From positions 75,208,001 through 75,272,000 of the forward strand of contig NC_086108.1 in the NCBI RefSeq assembly GCF_963921235.1: a stretch of DNA of 64,000 nucleotides, read 5' to 3'. Each line of letters starts with the position of its first letter. Position 1 is the stretch's first letter. The position numbers and the translations under genes are program-made. This stretch comes from Mobula hypostoma (lineage: Eukaryota). Positions 37,431 through 50,577 of this stretch are shown here, in pieces. The notes under the pieces are model-generated. The model did not search any database. It saw only the letters and a program-made list of their open reading frames with translations, and was not told where the DNA came from.

Positions 37431-39349
37431 AACTCGATGCCTCTAAAATAATAAAGTTTATTGGAGAAAATAGATCACAGGCTAAAGGTGATTCACCATA
37501 ATTGTTCATTATCTTTCCGGGCCAATTGACATGCACAAGCTCTTAATCTGAAGGTAGCAGTAGCGCTTTAATTGATTTTAATTTTTACATGCGATTCCAA
37601 AACCTATCCAGGATGCAGGACAACAAAATCAGAGTTCCAATTTACCCACAGAAGTTCCACTTTTTTAAGCTGTGCTGTTCATTTAATCTCTTGTGACTTG
37701 GTTAGAGAATAAATAAATCCATGAGCCCAAATTGTTTCTTCCTACTATAGTACTGACATTATCACAAAGTCAATAATGTTGACCTCCACCCCACAGCCTG
37801 AGTTCCTGTCAATCACAGCACCAGGTTTGCTGGTAGAGGAGAGAGGTCAGGGGGATTTTATGTTTTTGATAGCAATAATGCAAGGAGATTAATGGAGAAC
37901 TTAAAAGCTAGATTGTTTGCAATATTTATTTTAAATTTGTTGCACTCTTTGTGATGTTTCTTTTTTCTAATCCTTTCATCCGGTATATATATTTTTGGCT
38001 TATATTTTGACTTTGTTTTTGCAAAGAATATACCAAATGATTAGATTTTATAAAAGCAAAAGCTAAAAAAAAATTCTCTACATAGGACACTACCAGAAGG
38101 CCAACTCTAATTGAACTGATTCGTAAGTAAACAGGATATGAAGAAACTGGAAGAGAACTTCTTCCTACAGCACGAAGTATAAAGCCAGCCTTGCAGCAAC
38201 AAGACATCTACTATGGTCTACAGGAACCTTGATTCTATGATAACCTATCTGAAAAGTAACACTGGGAATTATTATTAAAATTTCTAAAATTGTGTTTTAT
38301 GATTGACATGCTACACAAAATAAATCAGGATTAACTGTTCCTGGTGATACAGGAGGAAATAGTCCCTTTACACAGCAATTTAATGCGATCCAGAAGACAC
38401 AGCCCAAAGTGTGGTGCAATAGCTTGAATAGTAATTTTACAAACAAACTTGGATAAATACAGGATGGGAAGTAAATTGCATGTCAATAACAGAAGAGCAG
38501 GAGAACAACTGGAGGAGCCACATTGTGGTATATGGCTTCCTACTTCCCTCTGTGGTTCTATTATTTTCTTTATAATGTGATAGGAATTTTTCAGCAAAAC
38601 AGTGCTATTCACATTCACCAACATCCAGCCGCAGTGTGTACAGAAAAGGGCAGTCAAGTAGTATGGCAAAGCGTTAAGTATAGTTGTCACTAATGTGTGT
38701 ACAAGCCATCGATCTCTACAGCAAATTTCTTCTGAAGCTCTGGAAGGATGCTTTAAGGATCTTTGCCGGTTACCTTCTGAACTTTGATCCACTATCATAG
38801 GTTTAATCCTCAGTGATCAAGATTCGAGAATTTAGTTGACTGCCACTAGACATCTGTGCAAAATTAACCTCAGACTTTGTGATTGTCCAAACACAAAATA
38901 ATGAAAAATAAAGCAGAACGTGTTCAACTGAAATGTAATCCATGTGTGTTCTAAAACAGCATTGCAAGAAGCAATATCAGGCACATTGTGTAGGAACCTT
39001 TCATCAATCGATCAATTACAGCACCTCCATATCCTTCTTCTGTGCAGTCTACCAGCTGCTAGAACGTAAGGGCATTCTGGGGCCACAGGACTTTGTTCTG
39101 GCACAACTATTTAGTTAATACTTGGGGTGCAATGTAGACTCTGAGTTTTGACCTCAAAGATCAAAGCACATTTATTATCAAAATATTTATGCAGTATTCA
39201 TCCCTGGCATTTGTCTTCCTGCAGACAGCCACTGAACAAAGAAACACTATGGACCCTGTTCACAGAAAGCATCACATGCAAAAAAAAAACAAATCAAGCA
39301 AATGCCAAAAAAAACAAGCAAATAAACCACAGAATATTAAATATCAAAC

Positions 39350-39603
39350 TGTGGCGACCCACTTTCCAGCACACTCGAATCAGCTCACGAAATGGCGCCA
39401 GGCCATCTTCACCAGCAGGGGGGAAAACCCACGCGTGGGAAGGGTCTGCAAATATGCATTCCCCACAGCAGTCCCGCCCGGGGAGGGCAGGAACGGAAAG
39501 GCTTTAAAGGAGGCCGCGAAGTTTGAATAAATCCCTTTTATCTCAATTCCAACTCACCGACTACGTGTCGTTATTCTAGCGCTGTGTGTAGCACACCGCT
39601 ACA
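39350..39603 (+). mobile_element. Solo LTR (254 bp, Gypsy-like)
   Basis: Termini tgtggcg...cgctaca, 4-bp TSD aaac (39346-39349 / 39604-39607), and an internal aataaa. Confidence 0.85.
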
Positions 39604-40332
39604 AAACCACAGAATCCTTGAAACCGTCTAGGAATGGTCAGTTTAGTTCAGTTCAGTTCAGTTCAATTTAGCACTGTGTCATTCAATGTCCACAGGCCAC
39701 AGATCACTTCCACCAAGATCACACAAAATAGCAATCAAAGCAGGAGTAACGAGAAACCAGAGACACATATAACAGGAACTGCAGGGCCCTCTAAAAATGA
39801 GTCTATTCCACAAATGAGACCGATCAAACCTTGCACAAGACCCAAGATCCCTGTGCCTTCCTCTGGCAGCAGCAAGTAAGAGGGAGAGGGAGACCAGTCA
39901 ATAGGAAAGGAAGAAGGATAATTAATTCACCTTACCCAAGTAGTTAAGAATATCTAGTGAACGTAGCAGGCCAGGCAGCATCTATAGGAGGAGGTACAGT
40001 CAACGTTTCGGGCCAAGACCCTTTGTCAGGACTAACTGAAAGGAGAGAAAGTAAGAGATTGAAAAGTGGGAGGGGGAGGGGGAGATCCGAAATGATAGGA
40101 GAAGACAGGAGGGGGAGGGATGGAGCCAAGAGCTGGACAGTTGATTGGCAAAAGGGATACGAGGTTGGAGAAGGGAGAGGATCATGGGACAGGAGGCCTA
40201 GGGAGAAAGCAATGGGGGGGGGGAGCCCAGAGGATGGTCAAGGAGCTATAGTGAGAGGGACAGAGGGAGAAAAAAGAGAGATAAAAAAAGGGGGGAAAGA
40301 AAAAAAAATCATAATAATAAATAAATAAATAA

Positions 40333-40368
<36 letters not shown>

Positions 40369-40380
40369 ATAAATAAATAA
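40333..40380. repeat. (GATA)n/(AAAT)n microsatellite inside the PLE arm
   Basis: Read directly from the sequence. Confidence 0.9.
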
Positions 40381-40806
40381 AGGATGGGGTACGAAGGGGA
40401 GGTGGGGCATTAACGGAAGTTAGAGAAGTCAATGTTCGTGCCATCAGGTTGGAGGCTACCCAGATGGAATATAAGGTGTTGTTCCTGCAACCTGAGTGTG
40501 ACTTCATCTTGACAGTAGAGGAGGCTGTGGATAGACATATCAGAATGGGAATGGGATGTAGAATTAAAATATGTGGACTCGCCAATATATAGAAGGCCGC
40601 TTCGGGAGCACCTGACGCAGGCTGGAAGAACGTCTCACTGAACACCTACACTCTGTCCGCCAGAGAAAGCAGGATCTCCCCGTGGCCACACATTTTAATT
40701 CTATGTCCCATTCCCATTCTGATATGTCTATCCACGGCCTCCTCTGCTGTCAAGATGAAGCTACACTCAGGTTGGAGGAACAACACCTTATATTCCATCT
40801 GGGTAG

Positions 40807-41091
40807 TGTCACGTACCCCGTGTTGGGAGTAAAGAACCAGCAGAGATGGAAAACACTTTGGAGTCTCGTATTGCTATAAACTACTGATATTTATTAGTAA
40901 CTACACAATACAGTAATATAAATGTAGATAAATCAAATAGGTTAGCAATGATTATATATAAAAGTAAGTGTGGAATATATACATATATGTATGAAAACCA
41001 AGCTTCTTTAAGTCTTGGGGTAAAAAGATACAGTTTTACGATGTTGAGTAAAGTTCAGTTCAGTTCAGTTCATGGTATTGAGTTGAGTAGT

Positions 41092-41135
<44 letters not shown>

Positions 41136-41790
41136 GTTGAGTCTTCAGGTAAGCTGATGCTGTCGATCTTCTCGTCGTCCTCCGAAATCCTTTACAAGTC
41201 ACCGACTGTGACTTTAACCAGGGGGACCGGTTTTCCTATGGTGGAGCTATCACCCAGGCGAGGGTGGACACATAAACAACTCCCCACCAGTCAACCCCTT
41301 CTTCACTGTTGGAATAGCAATTTGGATCGATCCGCCTGATTGATTCTCCAAAACCCACTTTCTCTGCGGGCACAACAATGCTCATTCAGTGTCCAGATCA
41401 TGTGTCCTGAGGTCTGTATCATCTGACCTCCCATTTATTTCACCAGGCTGAGCATCACCTGTCATTCAAAGAGTCCCTCCTTCCCTTGTCTGCAAAAAAG
41501 TGCACAAGCAGGCAACAAGTCCTTGAAAGTAACATCAACAATCTGCCTTTGGTCACCATAGCAACTTTCGAGCTGCTCAGTGCTGTCTCCAACTCCAGAC
41601 TCAGTAGAAATCCAAAGTTACTTCCAATGCCTTAAAGTGACAGTCCAACTGTTGATCTTCGTCTCTCCCTCTCTCTCTTTTCAAAAGCAACATATCGGTG
41701 GTAAATAACTCTGTCTCTCTCTCCTTCCCAAACAAACCATCAATGATAAATGTCTCTCTGCAAACAGTTAATAGGGGTACTCCTGGATCC
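40807..41790 (-). mobile_element. Probable solo LTR inserted in the PLE arm
   Basis: Begins tgtcacgtacccc, has ggggtac near the other end, a minus-strand aataaa near 40890 and (GA)n inside. The PLE sequence gggtag|cctccaac is split by it. Confidence 0.55.
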
Positions 41791-44487
41791 CCTCCAACTT
41801 CCGTTAACGCCCAACCTCCCCTTCATACCCAATCCCTTATTTATTTATTTATTTGTTTGTTTGTTTATTATGTTTTTTCCCATTCCCCCTTTTTTTCCTT
41901 CTCTTTTTTCTCCCTCTGTCCCTCTCACTATAACTTCTTGCCCATCCTCTGGACTTCCCCCCACCCTTTCTTTCTCCCTCGGCCTCCTGTCCCATGAACC
42001 TCTCCCTTCTCCAGCCTCGTATCCCTTTTGCCAATCACCTGTCCAGCTCTTGGCTCCATCCCTCCCCCTCCTGTCTTCTCCTATCATTTTGGATCTCCCC
42101 CTCCCCCTTCTCACTTTCAAATCTCTTACTTTCTCTCCTTTCAGTTAGTCCTGACGAAGGGTCTCGGCCCAAAACGTTGACTGTACCGCTTCCTATAGAT
42201 GCTGCCTGGCCTGCTGTGTTCAGCAGCATTTTTTATGTGTGTTGCTTGAATTTCCAGCATCTGCAGATTTCCTCGTGTTTGCGTTTTTAAAGAATATCTA
42301 GTGTCTTGTAAGCAGAAGAACTGTTGACAGCACCAGTGCCACTTTACTCCAGGCAATAATCACTTAGTCCCCCATCTCATGAGTTTAAAGACCTTAGAGG
42401 TCTTTAAGAACATGTCAGCCTCTTGTAATTTCTCTGTCATGAAATAAGATTACAGGTGATCATTTAGTGCAGCAGCACCTTTTTCTCGCAGTCAATATCC
42501 TTTGATCTTTTTTATTATTTAAAAATCTATGAATAACCATCTTGAAAATACTCAGAGACCAAGCCTCCACAGCCATCTTAGATACTTAATTTCATGAGTG
42601 AAGACATTCCTCCTCATTTTTGTTCTAGGTTATCCTAGACACCTCAACCAGCGAAAACAATCCATCTACTCTGTTATGTCTTTGAAGAATATTTTGACTT
42701 GATAAGATTAGCCGCTGTCTTTCACCTTTTTGATCAGTTCGCCCAAATGTACAGATATCAGCTGCATTAACAAATGGCTGTCAACATTAAGTTTAGAGAT
42801 CTGAGTGGAACAGAGAGATAAATTGCTCTAACTTAACTCACAGTGTTTCAAGGTTGTGTTTTTAAAAAGTCAGTCTTTCATGACACCCATATCTTTGGGA
42901 CTTCACCTACTTACAAATCTGAATTATCTAGAGTTTACACTTACTCGTATGCAATTTCTATTTGTAAAATGTAACAAAACTATAATATACCATGAACATG
43001 GAGGAAAGTCACAGCTGAAGTTTTATTCTGCGAGACAGTTTCCTTCCCTATCATTTTCCATTTATAATTTGCTGATATATGAATTATCACCAGCTGTACA
43101 GAAACCCTGAAGAGGAACTTAAAGTAAATGGTAAATAAAATCCAATTACTTAAAGTTGACAAATTACAATGATCCTTCCTTGCTACATATTGAATTCTAC
43201 ACATACTCCTGACCATCTCAGGGTTAATCTGCCTTTGTTGAGAATGTGAAACCCTTCCAGCTACTGACCTTAATAAAATACATTGGGCTGAGGAGCTATT
43301 GCTATAACGTACCACTCCAGTAGCTATAATAGAGAAATTGCATTGATCTAAAACTAAGCTTTGCACTGTACTTCCAATGTTGGGTTGAGCAAATAGTAGC
43401 TCAGCTCTTTCCCTCACCTGCTTGGTCCTTGTGTCAGCTGTTTGATACAATTTTGAATGTTGCACTGTTATAATTTCGAATAACGTTCCTGATGAATAAG
43501 CATAATTTCAGTAGTTACAGAGGGATACTTTGTTTCGGTAAAATTTCAGATGTGAAACCAGATGAAAGAAATTAGACACTAGCAATAGAATGCATCTTAG
43601 ATGAGGAAATAAAAACAATAAAATCTTTAAGGCTTCTCAGCACCTGTTCTGTTGTTGATGTTGATCCAAGCTAAAACCAAATTGATATAAAATGCCTTGC
43701 CATAGTGGATAATTCTTGTTTGCTAGTACTTCTAAAAGTATCTAAGGATCTCTATTTTACCACATTGAATGCTATAGCTCTGTAGGCACAAGAAAATCTA
43801 CAGAAGTGCAGTAAATGGTTAAACTGCTGCTACTATGCAACAGTGATAAAGTGAGTGAATGGTTGTGGATGTGGTGCCTACCAAATGAGCTTTTATGCCC
43901 TATACTTCTTGCTGAAGTAACATGCATCCAGGCAAGTGGAGAGTATTCTATCAGACTCCTGACTTGAGATGGTGGATAGGCTTTGGGAAATTAGGAGGTG
44001 AGATGCTTGCTTCAGGATTCCTAGCCTCTGACTTATTCTTGTAGTAACAGTATGTATATGGCTGCTCCAGTTCAGTTTCTGGTCAATGATGATAACTGGA
44101 TCTTCACTTGTTGGATTTTGTTGTGGTCTAGCACTTGTATGGCAGAAATGTTTCAGTCCAGGCCTAGGTATTGTCCACATCTGGGAGTCACAAATGGTGC
44201 TGAACATTGTGCAATCAGCAGCCAGTATTCCCACTTCTGACCTGACAATAAAATAAATAAATTAATTAAAATGTCATTTATGAAGCCATTGTCAATGGTT
44301 AGACCTAGGGCATTCCCCTGAGGAACTGCTGTACAGATGTCCTGTGCTGAAATGATTGACCTCCAGCCAGCCGAGTCATCTCCCACCCAGCAGAGGGCCC
44401 TCTCCCTGATTTCCATAGATCACAGTACAGCCAGGGCTCCTTGATGACACACTTGATCATATGCTACTTTGATGTCAGGGGCAGTTA

Positions 44488-45205
44488 AGGCCAATTTATA
44501 CTTCTGTGACAAATCGACGCTGTAGGTACGGTGTACCTGCATACCCTACACCATACCCTACGCCCTACCCTGATGTGCACCTCCCCCAAAAACGTATCTA
44601 CGCGTCGCAGCGACGCAGACCGCAACAACTGTGATTGGTCCGCTTGGTAGCATCGCATTTCCTCCTACTCTGCAATAGCTTCCCATTGGGCAACTGAAGG
44701 GCAGGGAAGGAACTCTGGCTGCAATGCTTTCCATAAAGCTTTACAGACGTCTGAAATTATGGAGGACCCTGTGCTTGATGCCAGTTTGTAGCTAGCTGCT
44801 ACAGCCCATTGACTTCCACCTGAAGCTAAAACTCAAATGGTGATTGCCAGTCTCTGAGTATACTGTGCGTACACTGATGCAAAATAAATGGTTAGAGACG
44901 ATGAACCAAATCGTCAAATCTACCTGCCAACATCTGAAAATATTTGAAATGCATTTCCTCGTCCCTGTCTCTCAGTGGCCGGACAAGCACAGAAAATTCA
45001 CCCTCCTTCAGTTTCAGTCGCCATTGTTTGAAGTTTGAGTTTCTTTGTGTTGAGTTTCAACACGAAGAAACTCAACAATGTGGCATAGAAACCCCACTGC
45101 CAACTAGCATTTGGCGGTGAATTGCAGAGCAACGCAGACACACCAACGCACAAGTATAAATTCTCACAACAGCGTAGGCTACTACATAGAAGTATAAATC
45201 AGCCT
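44488..45205. mobile_element. Non-autonomous PIF/Harbinger-type DNA transposon
   Basis: 18-bp TIRs aggc(ca/tg)atttatacttct and 3-bp TSD tta (44485-44487 / 45206-45208). Confidence 0.85.
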
Positions 45206-45273
45206 TTACTCCTACTTCACCTCTGGAATTCAGCTATGTCTGGATTGAAGCTGTACTGAAGTTATTTTTAAGT

Positions 45274-45428
45274 GAACACAAAATAATCTGCAGATGCTGG
45301 GGTCAAAGCAACACTCACAACACGCTGGAGGAACGCAGCAGGTCGGGCAACATCCATGGAAACGACGACTGATCGTTTCCACGGATGCTGCCCGACCTGC
45401 TGAGTTCCTCCAGCGTGTTGTGAGTGTT
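45274..45428. mobile_element. Miniature PLE-derived fold-back (56-bp stem, 7-nt loop)
   Basis: Arms 45310-45365 / 45373-45428 with 3 mismatches; TSD gtta(t/g)ttttaagt (45261-45273 / 45426-45438). Confidence 0.85.
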
Positions 45429-45672
45429 AGTTTTAAGTAAGTCCTGCTTGATAACACTATTGATTGCCCCTTCTGACACTTTGCAAGTCTTTAGTTTTAC
45501 AGTCTTAATGTTGTGAGGGCCCTTAGCCCTTTCTATATCGTATGCCTTGTACTGGGGTGCTGAGCTCACCCATCGTTGATCATGAGGATATTTGTAGAGC
45601 CTCCTCCTCCAGTAAGTTGTTTAATTGCCCACCTCCATTCACTACCGGACACAGCAGGACTGCAAGGCAGTT

Positions 45673-45832
45673 CATAGAAACATAGAAAATGGGTGCAGGA
45701 GTAGGCCATTCGGCCCTTCGAGCCTGCACTGCCATTCAGTATGATCATGGCTGATCATTCAACTCAGAACCCTGCACCAGCCTTCCCTCCATACCCCCTG
45801 ATCCCTTTAGCCACCAGGGCCATATCTAACTC
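45673..45832 (-). mobile_element. CR1 3' tail, same subfamily as 11310-12889
   Basis: Near-identical to 11320-11480; TSD gttca. Confidence 0.85.
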
Positions 45833-46973
45833 GTTCAGGTTCATTGGGCCTGATCCATTGGCATGGGATCGCTTTGCTCTATCTATGGAAAGCTTGTATA
45901 TTTAAAAAACCAAGGTGTTCTTAAAACATACTGGGACACTATATTGTCGATCAGTTTCTGGAATTGTGGATCATGAACTGTTTCTAAAAGCTGCCGGGCA
46001 TCAGTAACAAGGTATCAGAGCAGGCATCACTGCAGATCTAGGCTAACACACTGGTATGGGATTGTCAGAGACTCTGGATGTTACCTGAAACATTAAATCT
46101 AGTTCTTGTCTGTCTGTTTGTGTTAGACCAAAAACACATGGGATTTTCTGGAAGAAAAGAACAGAGCTTTCTGAGATACTCTCAATTAGCCTGATTTAAG
46201 TGCGCAATCATTAATGTCTTTGCTAAAAGAGGCATAATCCTTCACACTGTGGCAGAAAGTCACAACTTTATACTTAGCGTATGACATTAGAAGCTATCCT
46301 ATAAACCCCCTGAAAACATTGGCATTGGGGGAACTTTAAATTGGTAACATCTGCGAATCTTCACATACTTTTTTTGACTTCTTTTCAGTGGGAGGAAATG
46401 ACTGAGTGGTCAGAGCTGCTGGCATTGCACTGAGGAGGTCTGGGGCTGGCTCTCTTCCTGAAACAGCACTACAGGGTTGTTGCAAACCCCCTGCTGAAAA
46501 TCTGGCAAACCAATTACTGGGATAGGTTCGTGTTGAAGCAGATGTGAATTCCTTGGGGCACTAGCTGACCTTGGTGAAAACATGTTTTAAGAAAGGAAAA
46601 CTTGCTTTAAATAATGCTTGCAAATGTATAATGAAACAATTAATATATTTTCAAACCTAATGACAGGACTTTCAAATGAATTTCTTCATTGAAAATGTTC
46701 CTTATACAGAATACCTAGAAATAAATAGGGAAAAAAAAAACTTTTTACGTTCTAAAATCGGGCCAGTTGGACATTACATTTGAAGAATTAAGTTCTAAAC
46801 AGAACTGCCAGTGAACATTATGAGAGTAGCCTGGAACTGCCTTAGAACTGCTTTGAGTTTGCCATTCTTCATGCACACAAATAAGGTGTTTAGCAACAGT
46901 TCAACCAAGTTATGTTAAGCGAACACACTAGCTGGCCTTCACATGAAATCTCCACAAATAAGTGAAAATCTGA

Positions 46974-47368
46974 GGTACATGCCTATCATCTCCCTCTGGT
47001 GCCCATTCTCCTTCTCTTTCTCCCATGGTCAACTCTCTTCTCCTAACAGATTCCTTCTTTTTCATCCCTTTTCTTTTTCACCAATCACCTCTCAGCTTCT
47101 CACTTCATCCTCCCATTCCCCCCCACCCCCCACCAACCTACCTTCCCCCTCACCTGGCTTCACCTATAACCTTCCAATTTGATTTCCTTCCACTCCCCCA
47201 AACCTTCTTACTCTGGCTGCTTCCCCCTCCTTTCCGGTCCCGATGAAGGCTCTCAGCCAGAAGCGTTGACTCCTTATTCTTCCTGACAGATGCTGCCTGG
47301 CCTGCTGAATAATTCCAGCATTTTGTGTGTCTTGCTCTGAATCTACAGCATCTGCAGAATTTCCTGTG
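46974..47368 (+). mobile_element. 5'-truncated PLE (3' region and terminal repeat) with degenerate hammerhead
   Basis: TSD taagtgaaaa(t/c)ctga (46959-46973 / 47369-47383); ggtcccgatgaaggctctcagccagaagcgttgact at ~47236-47271. Confidence 0.75.
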
Positions 47369-48028
47369 TAAGTGAAAACCTGATGAAGTGCTTACGATCT
47401 CAATCATTTCTCTCTCACCAGCCTAATCTGCTGAGTATTTCCAGCATTTTCTGATTTTAGTTTTGGAAATTTACAGTTGTTGAATGGAGCCTGTTTCAAA
47501 CAAGATGGAGTTTGATGTCACAGGCCAATAAGATGATATTATCCTCTTTGTAAAGTATACCTGCATTTTGCTTGTAATTAGCCCCAGTTAAATGAGTTCT
47601 TGCATGCTTTCAATATGGCTGTACAAACTCAGGATGTCTTAGCCTTTGTTTTATAGGTCTGCACTGATGCCTCCTCCAGCATAAGGGGGAAATAATACCA
47701 AAGAAGGAAGGGACTACAGGCAAAGATCATAGATCTGTGAATTCCACTTAAATAGCTCAATCTCCCTCTCTCAACCTACCTCTTAGTCAGAAATCCTGTT
47801 GTTGCCATGGCTCCCAGTAGTCAAGTCTGCCCTGTATAAGTAAAGCAAGATCAAAAATTGCCAGAGCTTTCAAGGCTCCAGAAAACAGAGGCTAAACCTA
47901 CAGCCATTCCAGCATATCAGCAGGGATAAGAGAAATCTGCCTCTCATGAAGCCATGAAGAATAGATAAAGTGTTGTCCTTGTGCAGATACATCAATGTGA
48001 GATTTTACTGGGTACAGAGCTCATATTC

Positions 48029-48809
48029 TTTTCTTTTTCTTTTTCCAGTATTTTTATTGATTTCTATATAGAAGAATACAGAGTCCAAGAGAATAAATAT
48101 TATAAAACGAAAGAAAAAATATAATAATACCAGATACAGTATATTGAATCACATTAATGAACTCCTTACTCTATATTCATATAGATTAGATTAATTTGTG
48201 TGTTAGAATATAAGCAATTTTATTTTAAAAAAAGATCTACACCCACTACCAAAGTCGAAGCTGTTTGGGAAAAAAGAAAAAAAAATTATCAGATAATAAC
48301 ATATACTATTAACCAACTTCTGTACTTTAACAAGAAGTCAAAGTTATGAAAATAATTTTAAAATGGTCCCCACAGATTTTGAAAATCTTGGTTAGATTCA
48401 GAAATTGAGCAACGAATCTTTTCTAAATTTAGGCATGCCATAACATCTTGTAACCACTGAGCATGATTAGGCAGAACAGCATCCTTCCATTTAAACAAAA
48501 GTGCCCTCCTAGCCATAAGAGAAATAAAAGCCAGAATGTGCAGATCAGATGTCTTCAAGAGGATATCTTTCCCTCCAACAATAACAAATATGGCAGTCAA
48601 AGGATTAGGCTTAAAATTTACTTTAAAGAGTACAGAAAAAGTTTGGAATACTTCCTTCCAACATTTTCCAAAACTTGGACACGTCCAAAACATATGAATA
48701 AGTGAAGCTTCTCCATTGTTATGCCTATCAGAGTAGGGAGATATATCCATATAAAAACGAGATAACTTATCCTTGGTCATATAAGCCCTATGAACCACTT
48801 TAAATTGAA
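48029..48809 (-). mobile_element. 5'-truncated L1-clade LINE (C-terminal CCHC region, 3' UTR and A-rich tail)
   Basis: ORF 48358-48822 FKVVHRAYMT...EASLIHMFWTCP; TSD agctcat(a/g)ttc (48018-48028 / 48810-48820). Confidence 0.85.
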
Positions 48810-50244
48810 AGCTCATGTTCATATTATCCCTGCTTTGTCCTTTCAGTAGAACTTGGTGGTAACTGGCTTCTTAACATATGGTACTAAATTAGACAACATG
48901 AGGAAGGAACTTTTGATGGGGACAGAATGCCGAAGGTATGGTTAACTGATTGGTTAAAAGACACAATTTTATCATAGACATTTTTGAGAGTGAGGAGAGT
49001 AGGAAGAGTTGGCGTAACATTTTCTGCTGATGTGGTTGTGCACTCAATGTGACATTTCCATTAAGGACATGTAAATCAACTACCTAATTGAAAGCTTGGG
49101 GTTACATTTTATTAACAAAACTTACTTTACTAGTCAGGGAAGGTGTTTTTACTCTGCATCTCGTATTTAGCAAGATGTGATGGGATTGCTGTGAGAGCTA
49201 GTATATCCTCAATAACCTCCTGTTATGTTTTGCAAGAAGTCTGAAAATATGAGAAATGATATTTTCAGGGGAAAATTTGGTAATTACTTGCTGGAAGAAA
49301 TAACGGGTGCAAATAATCATTCAAAGTGACTAAGCAGCACAGATGACCAAATGGCCTTCAGCTCTGCTGGATCATTTTGTGATTCCAATATAAGGTTCTG
49401 TTCACTCAACTCAGTCTTAGCCCTAGGCAGCCTTAATATGTTATACAAAATGTTGTAATAGTGCTGTGTTGAAATTGTGTATGGAAGTTCTTTTTGTAAG
49501 TGGCCACTTCTTTAGCAATAATTTCCACCAGATAGCATCTTTATAACCAAAGTAGAATAATTGCTAAATATCATAGCTGCAGAATTTACAATAGCAGTAG
49601 ATTTTTTGAAGGAACAAAACAAACCTGATTGCTATGGCTGTACCTAAAGGAGCTGTGTGCTCTAATTTGGTGTGAGTGATAGAATCTACCCCCAATTATC
49701 CTTCAATTGGAAACTTAAGCAACTTTCCAATAAAAAAGAAATGGCTTCCTGTAATCTTACAACTATTACCTTTTTGTACGTGGCAATGCTGACAAGACAA
49801 TAGCAGGATGTTTCCATTCAGTGTAATCCCATTCACTCTAACTGATGAATGAAATATATGTGTTTGTATAATAATCAATTAAATGTAGTAAAGGTGCATG
49901 AAAGATAGATGGATTTATGCTGAGTTAAAATATCTAACTTGAAAATGCCATTGCAAGCTAGGCTTTCATCTGATGATTGTTTAATAGGAGTATCTGATAT
50001 ACTATAGTATACTTTTCATAATGGATATACTTTTACAGGTCCTAAGAGGATCATTATAAACACATGTTTTGTTGTTTGTCCTTCGTATAACACTCCTTTT
50101 ATAACGCTGAATGGAGTTAAGTGATAAAGTTACTTTGGCCACTGGCCTTGCTGTTTCAGTTATCAATCTCATGAGACTGCCTCAGTAATCAGGACATGGA
50201 ATACAAAGTGGATGTTTGCAACCTTTACAAATAGAAGACCATAA

Positions 50245-50577
50245 GTGAGGAGGATGCTAAGAGGATGCTGGGTGACTTGGATAGGTTGGGTGAGTGGGCA
50301 AATTCATGGCAGATGCAATTTAATGTGGATAAATGTGAAGTTATCCACTTTGGTGGCAAAAATAGGAAAACAGATTATTATCTGAATGGTGGCCAATTAG
50401 GAAAAGGGGAGGTGCAACGAGACCTGGGTGTCATTATACACCAGTCATTGAAAGTGGGCATGCAGGTAGAGCAGGCGATGAAAAAGGCGAATGGTATGCT
50501 GGCATTTATAGCGAGAGGATTTGAGTACAGGAGCAAGGAGGTACTACTGCAGTTGTACAAGGCCTTGGTGAGACCAT
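50245..50577 (+). mobile_element. Internal CR1 fragment, same subfamily as 11310-12889
   Basis: Translation is nearly identical to the GDLDRLGEWANSWQMQFNVDKC...YKALVRP segment of ORF 11409-12866. Confidence 0.88.

Larger units (their letters stand above)
39960..42289. mobile_element. Head-to-head (inverted) Penelope-like element with a GIY-YIG remnant in the centre
   Basis: 14-bp TSD aagaatatctagtg (39946-39959 / 42290-42303); inverted arms; CSRSGLLYIGE at 40578-40610 (-); hammerhead motifs at 39997-40033 (-) and 42147-42183 (+). Confidence 0.88.
43870..45890 (-). mobile_element. Old CR1/L2-group LINE hosting three later insertions
   Basis: Minus ORFs AVPQGNALG and IDQKLNWSSHI...RLGIL; the sequence gatgtcaggggcagtta|ctcctacttcacctctgg continues across the Harbinger element. 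Confidence 0.6.

Noticed and set aside
39957..42290. Recurrent similar ORFs (AAGQAAS..GTV.V.G.DPSSGLTERR; also 56927-57280 and 57683-57994) as a peptide gene family
   Set aside because: They are translations of the non-coding PLE terminal repeat on either strand.
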